A stretch of 64,000 bases of DNA from IMG/VR virus record IMGVR_UViG_3300022906_000002, positions 1-64,000 of that record. One strand, 5' to 3'. Shown piece after piece: positions 18,684-26,863 of the stretch. A program made the position numbers and the translations under genes. Origin of the DNA: a virus. Lineage: Duplodnaviria > Caudoviricetes. Every line of letters begins with the position of its first letter. Position 1 is the first letter of the stretch. Below the pieces are notes generated by a model. The model did not search any database. It had not been told where the DNA came from and saw only the letters and a list, made by a program, of their open reading frames with translations.

Positions 18684-18877
18684 GCGAGCCAATCGAATCG
18701 CCCGAAATCGGTCAGGCATGGTGGAAGCCGTCGTACCCGTTCCCGACCGTCGTCAAAATCATCGGGACCGATGGCGAGAACGTGACGGTCAAGTGGGAGC
18801 GGCGACGGCCCGTGAAACTGTCGGTGTCGCTGTTTCTTTCGCAGGGGTTCCGGCGACAAGAGGAGGCCAAGCCATGA
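18680..18877 (+). CDS. hypothetical protein
   Basis: ATGA-coupled; GGAGG RBS. Confidence 0.55.
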   Translation: MSEPIESPEIGQAWWKPSYPFPTVVKIIGTDGENVTVKWERRRPVKLSVSLFLSQGFRRQEEAKP

Positions 18878-19122
18878 AGGCGAGCGCCACCCGAACCGCC
18901 AAGGACCAGGCCGCCAAGGACCAGGCCGCCAAGGACCAGGCCGTGAAGGATCGGCCCGCACCCGGCCCGCACTACGCCGGCCGAGAGTGCCCAGAATGCC
19001 GCAACTTCGTGCGCGAGGATGGCGACCACGAGACGTGGTGCCCGGAAATAACGTGGAGCTTGGCCGACGAAATCAGCGCTACCCAGCTCGCCTATGAGCG
19101 CGGATATGAGGGGGATCTATGA
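18874..19122 (+). CDS. hypothetical protein with AKDQA repeats and CPEC..H...C
   Basis: GGAGG RBS; coupled. Confidence 0.55.
   Translation: MKASATRTAKDQAAKDQAAKDQAVKDRPAPGPHYAGRECPECRNFVREDGDHETWCPEITWSLADEISATQLAYERGYEGDL
18898..18951 (+). repeat. 15-bp in-frame tandem repeat
   Basis: GCCAAGGACCAGGCC x3 plus a partial copy. Confidence 0.9.
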
Positions 19123-19385
19123 GCGCATGTGAGCGATGTTGGAGTGAAGCACAGACCAACGAAGATCCGTCAGCTCGGTATCTCCAGCTCGTACGGTCGC
19201 GGACAGGAGAGCGAACCTGCTCGCCCGAAGAGCAGGCCGGCTCGGACGCGGAAGAGTGCCCGGATTGCAAGCGGATGACCCGGCACCAGCATACTGGCGA
19301 GTGCATGCTCTGCCATGCACTGCCGCGTGTCAGGCCGTGCGTTGTTGGGCATCTTGATCAAGCGAGGACGGAGGGATGCGAATGA
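19119..19385 (+). CDS. Cys-rich (Zn ribbon) hypothetical protein
   Basis: CERC, CPDC, CMLC. Confidence 0.55.
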   Translation: MSACERCWSEAQTNEDPSARYLQLVRSRTGERTCSPEEQAGSDAEECPDCKRMTRHQHTGECMLCHALPRVRPCVVGHLDQARTEGCE

Positions 19386-19864
19386 GCCTTGACCGACTGG
19401 CCCCGTGGGGCATAGTCCTCGTTTTGTGCGCCTGGGGAATCGTCGTGACGCTCATGATCCGAGACGCCATGGTCCACGATATCTGCGGACGGTGGTATCC
19501 GGAGATCGAGGCCCGGGACGCGGCGCCTGATGAGAGATACGTCGATCGAGAGCGCGAGAAAACTCGCGAACGGCGAAACGCCTTCGGCGCTCGTGGGTTG
19601 ACGTACTGCGCGAAGAGCGGCCCAGCTGAGGGTAGGTTGTCGGTCTTCGTGGCGCAGCTTCCGCGGTGTGGCGCGGATAACCTAGGGGACGGATGGCCTG
19701 TGAGCGACGCTTGGCCGGACTGCTCTGCGGGCAGTGGCATCAAGGGTACTGGTTGGGCGATGTGCATCTGCAATCAATCCGGGAAGTGGGAAGCCGTTCA
19801 TGTCTGGGATGTCCGTGTCGCGCACCGCGGGCTTGATGATCGCGGGGAGGGCGGAAAGAAGTGA
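19382..19864 (+). CDS. single-TM Cys-rich protein
   Basis: WGIVLVLCAWGIVVTLMI followed by several Cys. Confidence 0.55.
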   Translation: MSLDRLAPWGIVLVLCAWGIVVTLMIRDAMVHDICGRWYPEIEARDAAPDERYVDREREKTRERRNAFGARGLTYCAKSGPAEGRLSVFVAQLPRCGADNLGDGWPVSDAWPDCSAGSGIKGTGWAMCICNQSGKWEAVHVWDVRVAHRGLDDRGEGGKK

Positions 19865-20268
19865 GCCGCACGCTCCCGCAGTGGGTCGCGCGCAAGCGGT
19901 CGAATAGGGCAGCAAGTCGAGCGGCGCATCGATCAACGGCCGCACCGCACCCGGCGGATTCCCGCACATTGACCTTCGACGACTTGCGCGACGCCCTGCG
20001 CTTACTCGGACCGATCCCGCGCCGATGGATGGTTCGTGCCGCAGATCTTGAGCCGCACGAAGACGAGGCGCTCCGGCGCATGATGATTCCGACGCGGCCC
20101 GAGCGCTCGCACTGCCTGCCGACCGGGGCGCTGGCGGTGGTATTCGAGGGGGCATTATTCGCTGTCGAAAGTATGGATTGGATATCGGATCGCATCGTGG
20201 ACGAAGGGGCGAAGATGACCGTGATTTATCGCGACGGATATACCGGCGCCCGGGTTGGTGCCGAGTGA
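19861..20268 (+). CDS. hypothetical protein
   Basis: GTGA-coupled. Confidence 0.5.
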   Translation: MSRTLPQWVARKRSNRAASRAAHRSTAAPHPADSRTLTFDDLRDALRLLGPIPRRWMVRAADLEPHEDEALRRMMIPTRPERSHCLPTGALAVVFEGALFAVESMDWISDRIVDEGAKMTVIYRDGYTGARVGAE

Positions 20269-20519
20269 AGCTCTTCATCTGGCACGATCCCGAGCGAATC
20301 AACTATGGATGCTGCGACCTGTTCGTGATCGCCGAGGACCTGGAATCCGCGCTCGCCAAGGTAGAAGCGGGGCCGGTCGGTCGGCGGTGTCTGTCCGTAA
20401 GCCCGATGGCGCCACCTTATGCGGAGTGGAGGTACACGCGCGAAGAGTTGGGCAAGCTCAAGCGCACAGATGTCGATCTCGCGGATGGATTCGCCGAGCT
20501 GGTCTACTTCGAAGAATGA
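20265..20519 (+). CDS. hypothetical protein flanked by direct repeats
   Basis: MKLFIWHD...; GTGA-coupled. Confidence 0.55.
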   Translation: MKLFIWHDPERINYGCCDLFVIAEDLESALAKVEAGPVGRRCLSVSPMAPPYAEWRYTREELGKLKRTDVDLADGFAELVYFEE

Positions 20520-20555
20520 CGACGGCGCCCGGGTTGGCGCGGAGAGGGGTAGGGA

Positions 20556-20786
20556 TTGGCGACGAAGATATACGACGGCGTATCGGGAGGCGAAATGGTC
20601 CATTTCCATGCCCCTGATCTGTCGGTGCTTGTGGTGGGCATGCGAAGTGTTCCGCGAGTCGGCGAATCTGTCGTCTTGGAGAAGTCGGCATGGCGCGTCG
20701 TCAAGGTCCTATGGGATCCGGCGGCGGCGATGGACCCGCGTATCCGATGTTACGTTCAGCGCGAAGAAGAAGGCGAGACCTGGTGA
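20556..20786 (+). CDS. hypothetical protein
   Basis: VPRVGESV..WRVVKVLW; start uncertain. Confidence 0.5.
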   Translation: MATKIYDGVSGGEMVHFHAPDLSVLVVGMRSVPRVGESVVLEKSAWRVVKVLWDPAAAMDPRIRCYVQREEEGETW

Positions 20787-21466
20787 AGCCGCGCACCCAC
20801 CCGCGCGGCACAATCGCCGCATACATCCGGCACCTCGACGAAACCGTAGCGCTCGACGACCTGGGCGCCGAAGCATGGCGCGCGGCAATCGAGAGAGGAT
20901 GCAAGCCGCGGCCCTTCGGGTCGTGGCTCTATTCAGCCAGCCGCGATCTGTTCGGCGCTCAACTCCAATACGACCTAGGCGAGGGCCTGTGGTCGTTCGA
21001 GCCACCCGCTAAGCAGGGGCGACAGAAGCCGGTTGTCTCGCGCAGGGCAGAACAGAAGGCCGCGACACTGGAAAAGGCGTACGCCGCGGCCGAGATTCGG
21101 CAGAGGCCCGCAACGCTCGAACAGGTAGGCGTCGAGATGGGCGTGACGCGGGAGCGGGCGCGGCAGCTTTGCGCGATGGTCCTGGGCGACTGGCGGCCGC
21201 GGCTTGAGCGTCCGCAGTCGGCGAGCCGAGCGAGCAAGTGTCGTCGGCCGGGATGTCGCCGACGCTCGCTCGCGTTCTGCCTGCCGTGTCGCCGAATCGC
21301 CGAGCGCCGCGGCGTAGACCCCGCCGACCTGCCGCCGATTGGCGACCTGCCGCACGATTGGTCCGGGTGGGTGGGTTCAGAAGCGCAGAGGAGGGCGCGG
21401 CGCGAGAACGTCAAGAAGGCCATCGCCGGGCGTAGGGCGAAGTGCGCTGAAAGAAAGTCAAAATAA
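20783..21466 (+). CDS. protein with a sigma-region-4-type HTH and Cys motif
   Basis: TLEQVGVEMGVTRERARQL; CRRPGC..FCLPC; basic tail. Confidence 0.7.
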   Translation: MKPRTHPRGTIAAYIRHLDETVALDDLGAEAWRAAIERGCKPRPFGSWLYSASRDLFGAQLQYDLGEGLWSFEPPAKQGRQKPVVSRRAEQKAATLEKAYAAAEIRQRPATLEQVGVEMGVTRERARQLCAMVLGDWRPRLERPQSASRASKCRRPGCRRRSLAFCLPCRRIAERRGVDPADLPPIGDLPHDWSGWVGSEAQRRARRENVKKAIAGRRAKCAERKSK

Positions 21467-21480
21467 GCGCGAGAAAAGTA

Positions 21481-21510
21481 TTGACATGATCCGCACCGTA
21501 GAGTTACATT
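21481..21510 (+). promoter_or_regulatory. sigma70-type promoter
   Basis: TTGACA-18-TACATT with an A-rich upstream region. Confidence 0.7.
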
Positions 21511-21516
21511 ACGGAC

Positions 21517-21900
21517 ATGGAAACCAACGGCAAGGCGCGCAAGGCTACGGCGAACGGGAACGGCGGCGGGAAATGGATCACCCCGACCCGTAGATTAGCG
21601 CTGTACTTGAGGGATCGCTTCATTTGCGTCTATTGCCTTCGGGATCTCCACGACGCCGACCCGCGCGACGTGACGCTCGATCATCTGGTCTGCGGGCACT
21701 TCGCCGGAAATCACGGAAGCGAGAACCTGGCGACATGTTGCAGATCCTGTAATTCCTCAAGACGTGACCTCCCGCTCGCCCGCTTCGCTTCAAGGGATGC
21801 GCGGGCGCATATCCGACGCAACACCTCGCGCAGTATGGCGAAGTACCTCAAGCTCGCCAAAGCCATCATGGCCGGCGAAATGGGAGACCCTAGGTCATGA
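21517..21900 (+). CDS. HNH endonuclease
   Basis: RDRFICVYC, TLDHL, NLATCCRSCNSSR. Confidence 0.88.
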   Translation: METNGKARKATANGNGGGKWITPTRRLALYLRDRFICVYCLRDLHDADPRDVTLDHLVCGHFAGNHGSENLATCCRSCNSSRRDLPLARFASRDARAHIRRNTSRSMAKYLKLAKAIMAGEMGDPRS

Positions 21901-22118
21901 CATTCCGCAATGAGGTCGTATTCACTCAGTTCTCGCCCGCGCTCGGGTTGCGCGTGCAACAGTCCCGGATCTACTACCGCGAGCACCGACTCACGATCGC
22001 GGGCGCCGAGCGGATGCTGAGGCGCGGCGCGCCGGTCAGCCCGGGCGACTTCGCATCCCTCCGTCCGGCGCCCGGGTCGATCGTCGAGCGTGTCGAAGTC
22101 GTGGTGGACGCCAGGTAG
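21897..22118 (+). CDS. hypothetical protein
   Basis: ATGA-coupled. Confidence 0.5.
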   Translation: MTFRNEVVFTQFSPALGLRVQQSRIYYREHRLTIAGAERMLRRGAPVSPGDFASLRPAPGSIVERVEVVVDAR

Positions 22119-22125
22119 GCGCGTA

Positions 22126-22326
22126 ATGGCAGAGGAGGCGGACCGGATCGAGGAGCTAGCGCGCGGCAAGGGGTATGACCTGTGGCCCGCGCAAATCAAG
22201 CTACTGCGGGCCGTTGAAGCGCAAAGGAAGGGCGGCCCGCCAGTGGTGATTGCACGATGCCACCGACACGGACGGACCGCCTGCATGGAATTCGATGCCG
22301 AACTCCGCCAAAGGATTGATCGCTAG
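22126..22326 (+). CDS. hypothetical protein
   Basis: Short ORF that ends the rightward unit. Confidence 0.45.
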   Translation: MAEEADRIEELARGKGYDLWPAQIKLLRAVEAQRKGGPPVVIARCHRHGRTACMEFDAELRQRIDR

Positions 22327-22733
22327 GGCGCAACCGGCTCGCCGACCTTCCCGTTCTCCCTCTTCCGGCGCGGCAAATCGCCCTCGACCACCACGACGCC
22401 CGGATCAACGGCCGGAACGGGCGCAACCGTCTCGGCCATCGACGGGACCACTAGCGCAACCGGATCGACCGCGCCCGCCGTCTCACCGAGCACGAACGTC
22501 TCTTTGATCGGCGCGATCGATCCGAGTGGCAGGGAAGTGCCGGAGTTGATCTCGCCGTCTGCGGTTGTCAGGATGGAGACGGATTTGCCGAGGGCCAGGG
22601 CGACCCCCTTGGCCCCGAGGTGGACGGTGACGGGCTTCGGGTCGGCGAACAGCGCGGCGATGGATGACTGGTCGCGCGTCTCCGTTCGGGCGATGGTGTC
22701 GAGCATGGATTCGAGAGTCTGGCGGGTGTTCAT
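22323..22733 (-). CDS. hypothetical protein
   Basis: AGGAG RBS; MNTRQTLESMLD. Confidence 0.6.
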   Translation of the reverse strand: MNTRQTLESMLDTIARTETRDQSSIAALFADPKPVTVHLGAKGVALALGKSVSILTTADGEINSGTSLPLGSIAPIKETFVLGETAGAVDPVALVVPSMAETVAPVPAVDPGVVVVEGDLPRRKRENGKVGEPVAP

Positions 22734-23025
22734 GGATTGGGGCTCCTGTACGAACGAGAGGGCGCGGGCCGTAATGGCGGGTGCGGCGGTCGGGTAGATT
22801 CTTCGCTTCGAGCAGCACATTGCGTTAGGATAGCGCACCATGAGAGAGATCGTCATGGACTACCGCGGCATTCCGGGGCGCCTTAACTGTGAGACATTCA
22901 AGCCCTTCGCCAGGGCGAGAATGGCGAATCCTCGGAAATCCGTTAAGGCACTGCTTCCGGGCGGAGTAACGACCGGCGGATTTTCCCTGGGCCAATCCAT
23001 CGCGAGCTGATAAACGGAGAAGTCG

Positions 23026-24435
23026 ATGCCCATGAATACGCTACCTTTCCGCTTGGCCGTCTTCGTTGCGTTCGCCGCCGCATCGGCATCCGCGCAGACC
23101 AACAACGCGATCAAGGTTGCGCAGCTCCTGGAGTGCAACGCCCGGCGCCAAGGCCGAATGGTGACGGTCAGCGATGCGTCACCGGATTGCACGACAGGCA
23201 GCGGCGTGTCCGGCACTAAGTACGCATTGTGCATCTGTAATCCGGCGACCGGATGGTTCACGCTCTCCGCCGGTACGACCGGCGCCAGTTCGCCGACGGC
23301 CGAACAGAAGGCGGCCATGGGCGGCACGTCCGGCGCGCCAAGCGCGTCGAATCTCTTCGTCACCGATGCCGACTCGCGGAACGCGGATGCCCGGACCCCT
23401 ACGGCCCACCAGGCCAGCCATCTCCAGGGCGGATCGGATGCGCTCTCCGGCACGCTTGCCGTAAGCATTGCCGGCAACGCCGCGACCGCGACCTCAGCGA
23501 CGACGGCCGCTTCGGCAATCTCGGCAGCGACGGCGCTCGGGGTAAGCGGCTTTGCCGCGTCCAGGTGCGCCAGGTTCAACGGCAGCGGGGTCCTCGTGGC
23601 TGCGGCTGGCGACTGCGCTTCAGGCGACACGGACACCCAGGGCTCCGGCACGGTCACATCCGTTGCCGTGGCGACCGCGAACGGGATCAGCGGGATCGTA
23701 GCGAATGCGACCTCTACGCCGTATATCACCTTGAGTCTGGGAGCTATCACCCCGACTTCGGTCGCCGCCTCCGGAGCGGTCACCGCCTCCAATATCAGCG
23801 GCACGAATACAGGCGATCAGGTCAACATCTCGGGCAATGCGGCGACCGCGACGATGGCCGCCGGAGTCTCCGGCTTCACGGCCTCGCGATGCGCGCGCTT
23901 CAACTCTTCCGGGGTCCTGGTCGCGTCCTCGGGCGACTGTTCGGCAGGAGACACCAACGCGGGCGGTACGGTTACGACGGCATCGGTCACTTCGGCGAAT
24001 GGGGTGTCGGCGTCCGTGGCCAACGCCACGACGACTCCGGCGTTCACCTTCGCCCTCGGCGCGATTACCCCGTCCTCAGTGGCAGCAACGGGTGCCGTCA
24101 CCGGCTCGAACCTTTCGGGGACAAATACCGGCGATCAATCGAGCGTCACCGGGAATGCTGGCACGGCTACGGCGCTCGCATCCAACGGCTCTAACTGCGC
24201 GGCAGGGTTCCTCGCCGCTGGAGTAGACGCTTCGGGTAACGCCGAGGGATGCACGGCGGCCGGAGCGTTCTCGATCATGCAACTCACCCCGCGGGCCACT
24301 CCACCGTTCACCTGCGATGCCGGCCACGCGGGCGCCGTCTACTTCGACAACTCGGGATCTGGCACCTTTTGCGATTGTGCGGGCGACGGGTGGATTAACC
24401 GGTATACCCTGCGGCTCGGTAGCGGTTGCGTATGA
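23026..24435 (+). CDS. signal-peptide-bearing, Cys-containing fibre-like repeat protein
   Basis: RLAVFVAFAAASASA|Q signal; duplicated GF.ASRCARFN.SG.LVA and GTVT..ANG...SGTNTGDQ repeats. Confidence 0.7.
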   Translation: MPMNTLPFRLAVFVAFAAASASAQTNNAIKVAQLLECNARRQGRMVTVSDASPDCTTGSGVSGTKYALCICNPATGWFTLSAGTTGASSPTAEQKAAMGGTSGAPSASNLFVTDADSRNADARTPTAHQASHLQGGSDALSGTLAVSIAGNAATATSATTAASAISAATALGVSGFAASRCARFNGSGVLVAAAGDCASGDTDTQGSGTVTSVAVATANGISGIVANATSTPYITLSLGAITPTSVAASGAVTASNISGTNTGDQVNISGNAATATMAAGVSGFTASRCARFNSSGVLVASSGDCSAGDTNAGGTVTTASVTSANGVSASVANATTTPAFTFALGAITPSSVAATGAVTGSNLSGTNTGDQSSVTGNAGTATALASNGSNCAAGFLAAGVDASGNAEGCTAAGAFSIMQLTPRATPPFTCDAGHAGAVYFDNSGSGTFCDCAGDGWINRYTLRLGSGCV

Positions 24436-24439
24436 AGCC

Positions 24440-26203
24440 TTGGATCTCCAAACCCCCGTCCGCGTAGAAACCCTCGCCGACAAGGACGAGTGGTGGCCCC
24501 TCGAAGTCAGGCGCCGTCGCGATCGGGCCAAGGTATTCGACCGACTCGCGCGGTCCAAGTTGCCGGCCGACCACGCGATCATTGAAGCCGAGCGCGAGAG
24601 GTGCCGGCGAGACGTCAAGTACTGGATCGACAACTACTGTTGGACGAAGGCCCCGCAGGATCTCTCGCCCGACAATCCATACCGCGGCACCGTGCCCATG
24701 GTTCTCTGGCCGCGGCAGCGCGAGCTAATCGACTGGATTCTGGAGATGTACCACGCGGGCCGATCGGGGATCGTGCCGAAGGGGCGTGCGACCGGTGCCT
24801 CATGGATCATGTGCATGGTCATCTTCTGGCTGTGCTGGCATCAGCGAGGATTCGGGGCGCTGATGATTTCCAGGAAAGAGGACCTGGTCGACGATACGGG
24901 CAAGAACGACCGGAAGCGAGCGGCGGACGGAGGCGCGGCAGGCACGAGCACCGACTCGCTGTTCGGCAAGATGGACTTCATCTTGCGGTGCCAGCCGTCA
25001 TGGCTGCGGCCGCGGGTCGAGTTGCCGCGCGCGCCGATGGAGATGCGATTCCTGGACACCGATGCCCTGGTGACCGGCGAATCGACGAACGCCGGAGCCG
25101 GAGCCGGCCCCCGGAAATCGCTCAACTTCGTGGACGAGATGGCGAAGATGGAGCCCTCGATTCAGACTTCTCTCTGGCGTACGCTCGTTGCCGCGACCGG
25201 CCGATCGACGATTGCCGTCTCGTCACCCGGCAGCCCGTGGGCGCGCTTCGAGACTCTGCGGAAAGACTTGGAGCCCGATGCCGTTTTCGAGGTGGACTAC
25301 GACGCGGACCCGAGGCGCGATGAAGAATGGAAGCGGCGGGTCATCGCCAACCTCGGGGGCATTGACGACTTCCTGATCGAGCACGGCATGCGGCCCGTTC
25401 GCCCTTCCGCCGGACGCATCTGGTCGAAATCCACGTCGGGCTCCGTCTTCTACACCGATGCCCAGCTCTTCGACATCGAGCCGGACGCGCGGAAGAGGTG
25501 GCAAGTCTTCGGCGCGTGGGACTTCGGGAGCGGGCCGTCTCTTCTCGTGTGCTTCCTGTTCCTCGTCGAGTTCCGGGGCGGAGGGTACCGGCTATGGCTC
25601 GATCAGGAAATGACGTGGGAGCAAGAGGACTGGCGCAAGGTGGCGTCGGACATCCTCGACGGTAAGCAGGACGAGGATGGCGCCATCGTCGGCGGGCTGC
25701 GTCCGAACTATGAGAAATTCGGGATTCACTTCGGCGACCCCTCGGGCATCGCTCGGGAGTCCGATCAAAACTCCTGGGTAACGAATCTCCAATCGGGCGG
25801 CGTGCCGGTCCACGCGCTAGACGGAGAGTGCAACACCCGCGACCAGCGCGAATGGCAGATCCGCAAGGTCGGCGCCATGCTCTACGATGGCACGCTCCGG
25901 GTCCACGAGCGGTGCAAGTACGCGCTCGACTGTATCGATAGCTGGACGCGCGATATCCCGAAGGGCCAAACGGTCGAGAGCAGCGGGAGCGTGTACCTCA
26001 AGCCGAAGCACGACAAGTGGAGCCACGGGGGCACGGCTTTGTGCTTCGGGGTCGCGGGCATCCTGCCGGCGGCATCGGCCATGCTCGATGGCGGAAGCGG
26101 GTCGTCGGACTACCAGAGCGAGCGCGAGTACGGATACCACCCGGCCGCGCCGAGTTACATCGACGACGGCGGGAGTTTAGACTCGATTCTGGCGCAGTTG
26201 TGA
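24440..26203 (+). CDS. terL: terminase large subunit
   Basis: LWPRQ, PKGRATGASW (Walker A), FVDEMA (Walker B), VSSP, AWDFG, GDPSG. TTG start inferred. Confidence 0.88.
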   Translation: MDLQTPVRVETLADKDEWWPLEVRRRRDRAKVFDRLARSKLPADHAIIEAERERCRRDVKYWIDNYCWTKAPQDLSPDNPYRGTVPMVLWPRQRELIDWILEMYHAGRSGIVPKGRATGASWIMCMVIFWLCWHQRGFGALMISRKEDLVDDTGKNDRKRAADGGAAGTSTDSLFGKMDFILRCQPSWLRPRVELPRAPMEMRFLDTDALVTGESTNAGAGAGPRKSLNFVDEMAKMEPSIQTSLWRTLVAATGRSTIAVSSPGSPWARFETLRKDLEPDAVFEVDYDADPRRDEEWKRRVIANLGGIDDFLIEHGMRPVRPSAGRIWSKSTSGSVFYTDAQLFDIEPDARKRWQVFGAWDFGSGPSLLVCFLFLVEFRGGGYRLWLDQEMTWEQEDWRKVASDILDGKQDEDGAIVGGLRPNYEKFGIHFGDPSGIARESDQNSWVTNLQSGGVPVHALDGECNTRDQREWQIRKVGAMLYDGTLRVHERCKYALDCIDSWTRDIPKGQTVESSGSVYLKPKHDKWSHGGTALCFGVAGILPAASAMLDGGSGSSDYQSEREYGYHPAAPSYIDDGGSLDSILAQL

Positions 26204-26216
26204 GGTAGGATTGCAG

Positions 26217-26291
26217 AGTCGGGTAGAGGAGTCCGGAGTCCTCGGTGGTCTCATAAGCCGCAGATCGCGGGTTCAAATCCCGCCCCGGCAA
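26217..26291 (+). tRNA. tRNA with CAT anticodon (Met-type), no encoded CCA
   Basis: Cloverleaf: AGTCGGG/CCCGGCA, GAGG/CCTC, GTGGT-CTCATAA-GCCGC, GCGGG-TTCAAAT-CCCGC. Confidence 0.85.
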
Positions 26292-26295
26292 ATGC

Positions 26296-26372
26296 CTGAG
26301 CTTGGGCCAGTCTGGTCGGTCACCGCGTTTGGGGCGCGGACTACAGAGGTTCGAATCCTCTAGCTCAGACCA
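26296..26372 (+). tRNA. tRNA-Pro(TGG), CCA encoded
   Basis: CTGAGCT/AGCTCAG-A-CCA, CCGCG-TTTGGGG-CGCGG, AGAGG-TTCGAAT-CCTCT. Confidence 0.92.
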
Positions 26373-26639
26373 AAGATCTCTGCTCTGAGATTCCCCCGTC
26401 GACGGGGTCAGCATTGATCCGAGAGCCGTCCGATCCGGCGAGCGGGGAGTTGGCCCTAAGATCGGCGGCGGGGGATTCTGAGGGCGGCATCGAATCCTTG
26501 AACGAGTCCGGATCTTTCCTCTACGAGGACGGGAGGCGCGACGCGGATGGCGCCGAGAGCCGGGTTCGTTGAGGGATTTGAGTAGGCGCCGGGTAATGCT
26601 ACCGGCTCGCTGGCCGAGGGCAAGCGCGAAGGGATTTCA

Positions 26640-26765
26640 GGGATTGCGACCGAGTTGGCAGAGTGGGCGAATGCGACCGACGGCGGTCCTGTCGGTAATC
26701 TACGGTGCGAGCCTAAGCGCATCGGTCCGATTCGCGGGTTCGAATCCCGCACTCGCCGCAATCCC
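26640..26765 (+). ncRNA. atypical tRNA-like RNA
   Basis: Canonical D (TGGCAGAGTGG) and T (GCGGGTTCGAATCCCGC) arms; abnormal acceptor, anticodon and variable arms. Confidence 0.7.
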
Positions 26766-26790
26766 GGTTCTCCGGTGAGCGCGCACCGAT

Positions 26791-26820
26791 TTGACCGCAG
26801 CCGCCCGCCCGCGCTAACCT
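26791..26820 (+). promoter_or_regulatory. possible promoter
   Basis: TTGACC-18-TAACCT. Confidence 0.4.
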
Positions 26821-26863
26821 CTCCGATCGTGCAGCAGCGAACTATCGCGATCGGAGAAAGACA

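Noticed and set aside
18898-18951. 15-bp tandem repeat as a regulatory or CRISPR-like element
   Set aside because: It is an in-frame coding repeat (AKDQA) with no spacers.
22864-22937. HDV-like ribozyme (ACATTC...AATGGCGAAT resembles HDV P4-J4/2)
   Set aside because: There is no room for a canonical P3/L3/P1.1 and P1 3' strand. Kept only as an unassigned structure.
24317-24439. Extended N-termini from the ORF track (terL; also 2405, 17071, 27028, 29088)
   Set aside because: They overlap upstream genes extensively. Downstream starts with an RBS or stop-start coupling fit better.
26701-26725. CTA in a loop of the tRNA-like RNA as an amber-suppressor anticodon, implying recoding
   Set aside because: The loop is in the variable-arm position and is 8 nt long, and TAG acts as a normal stop in many genes here.
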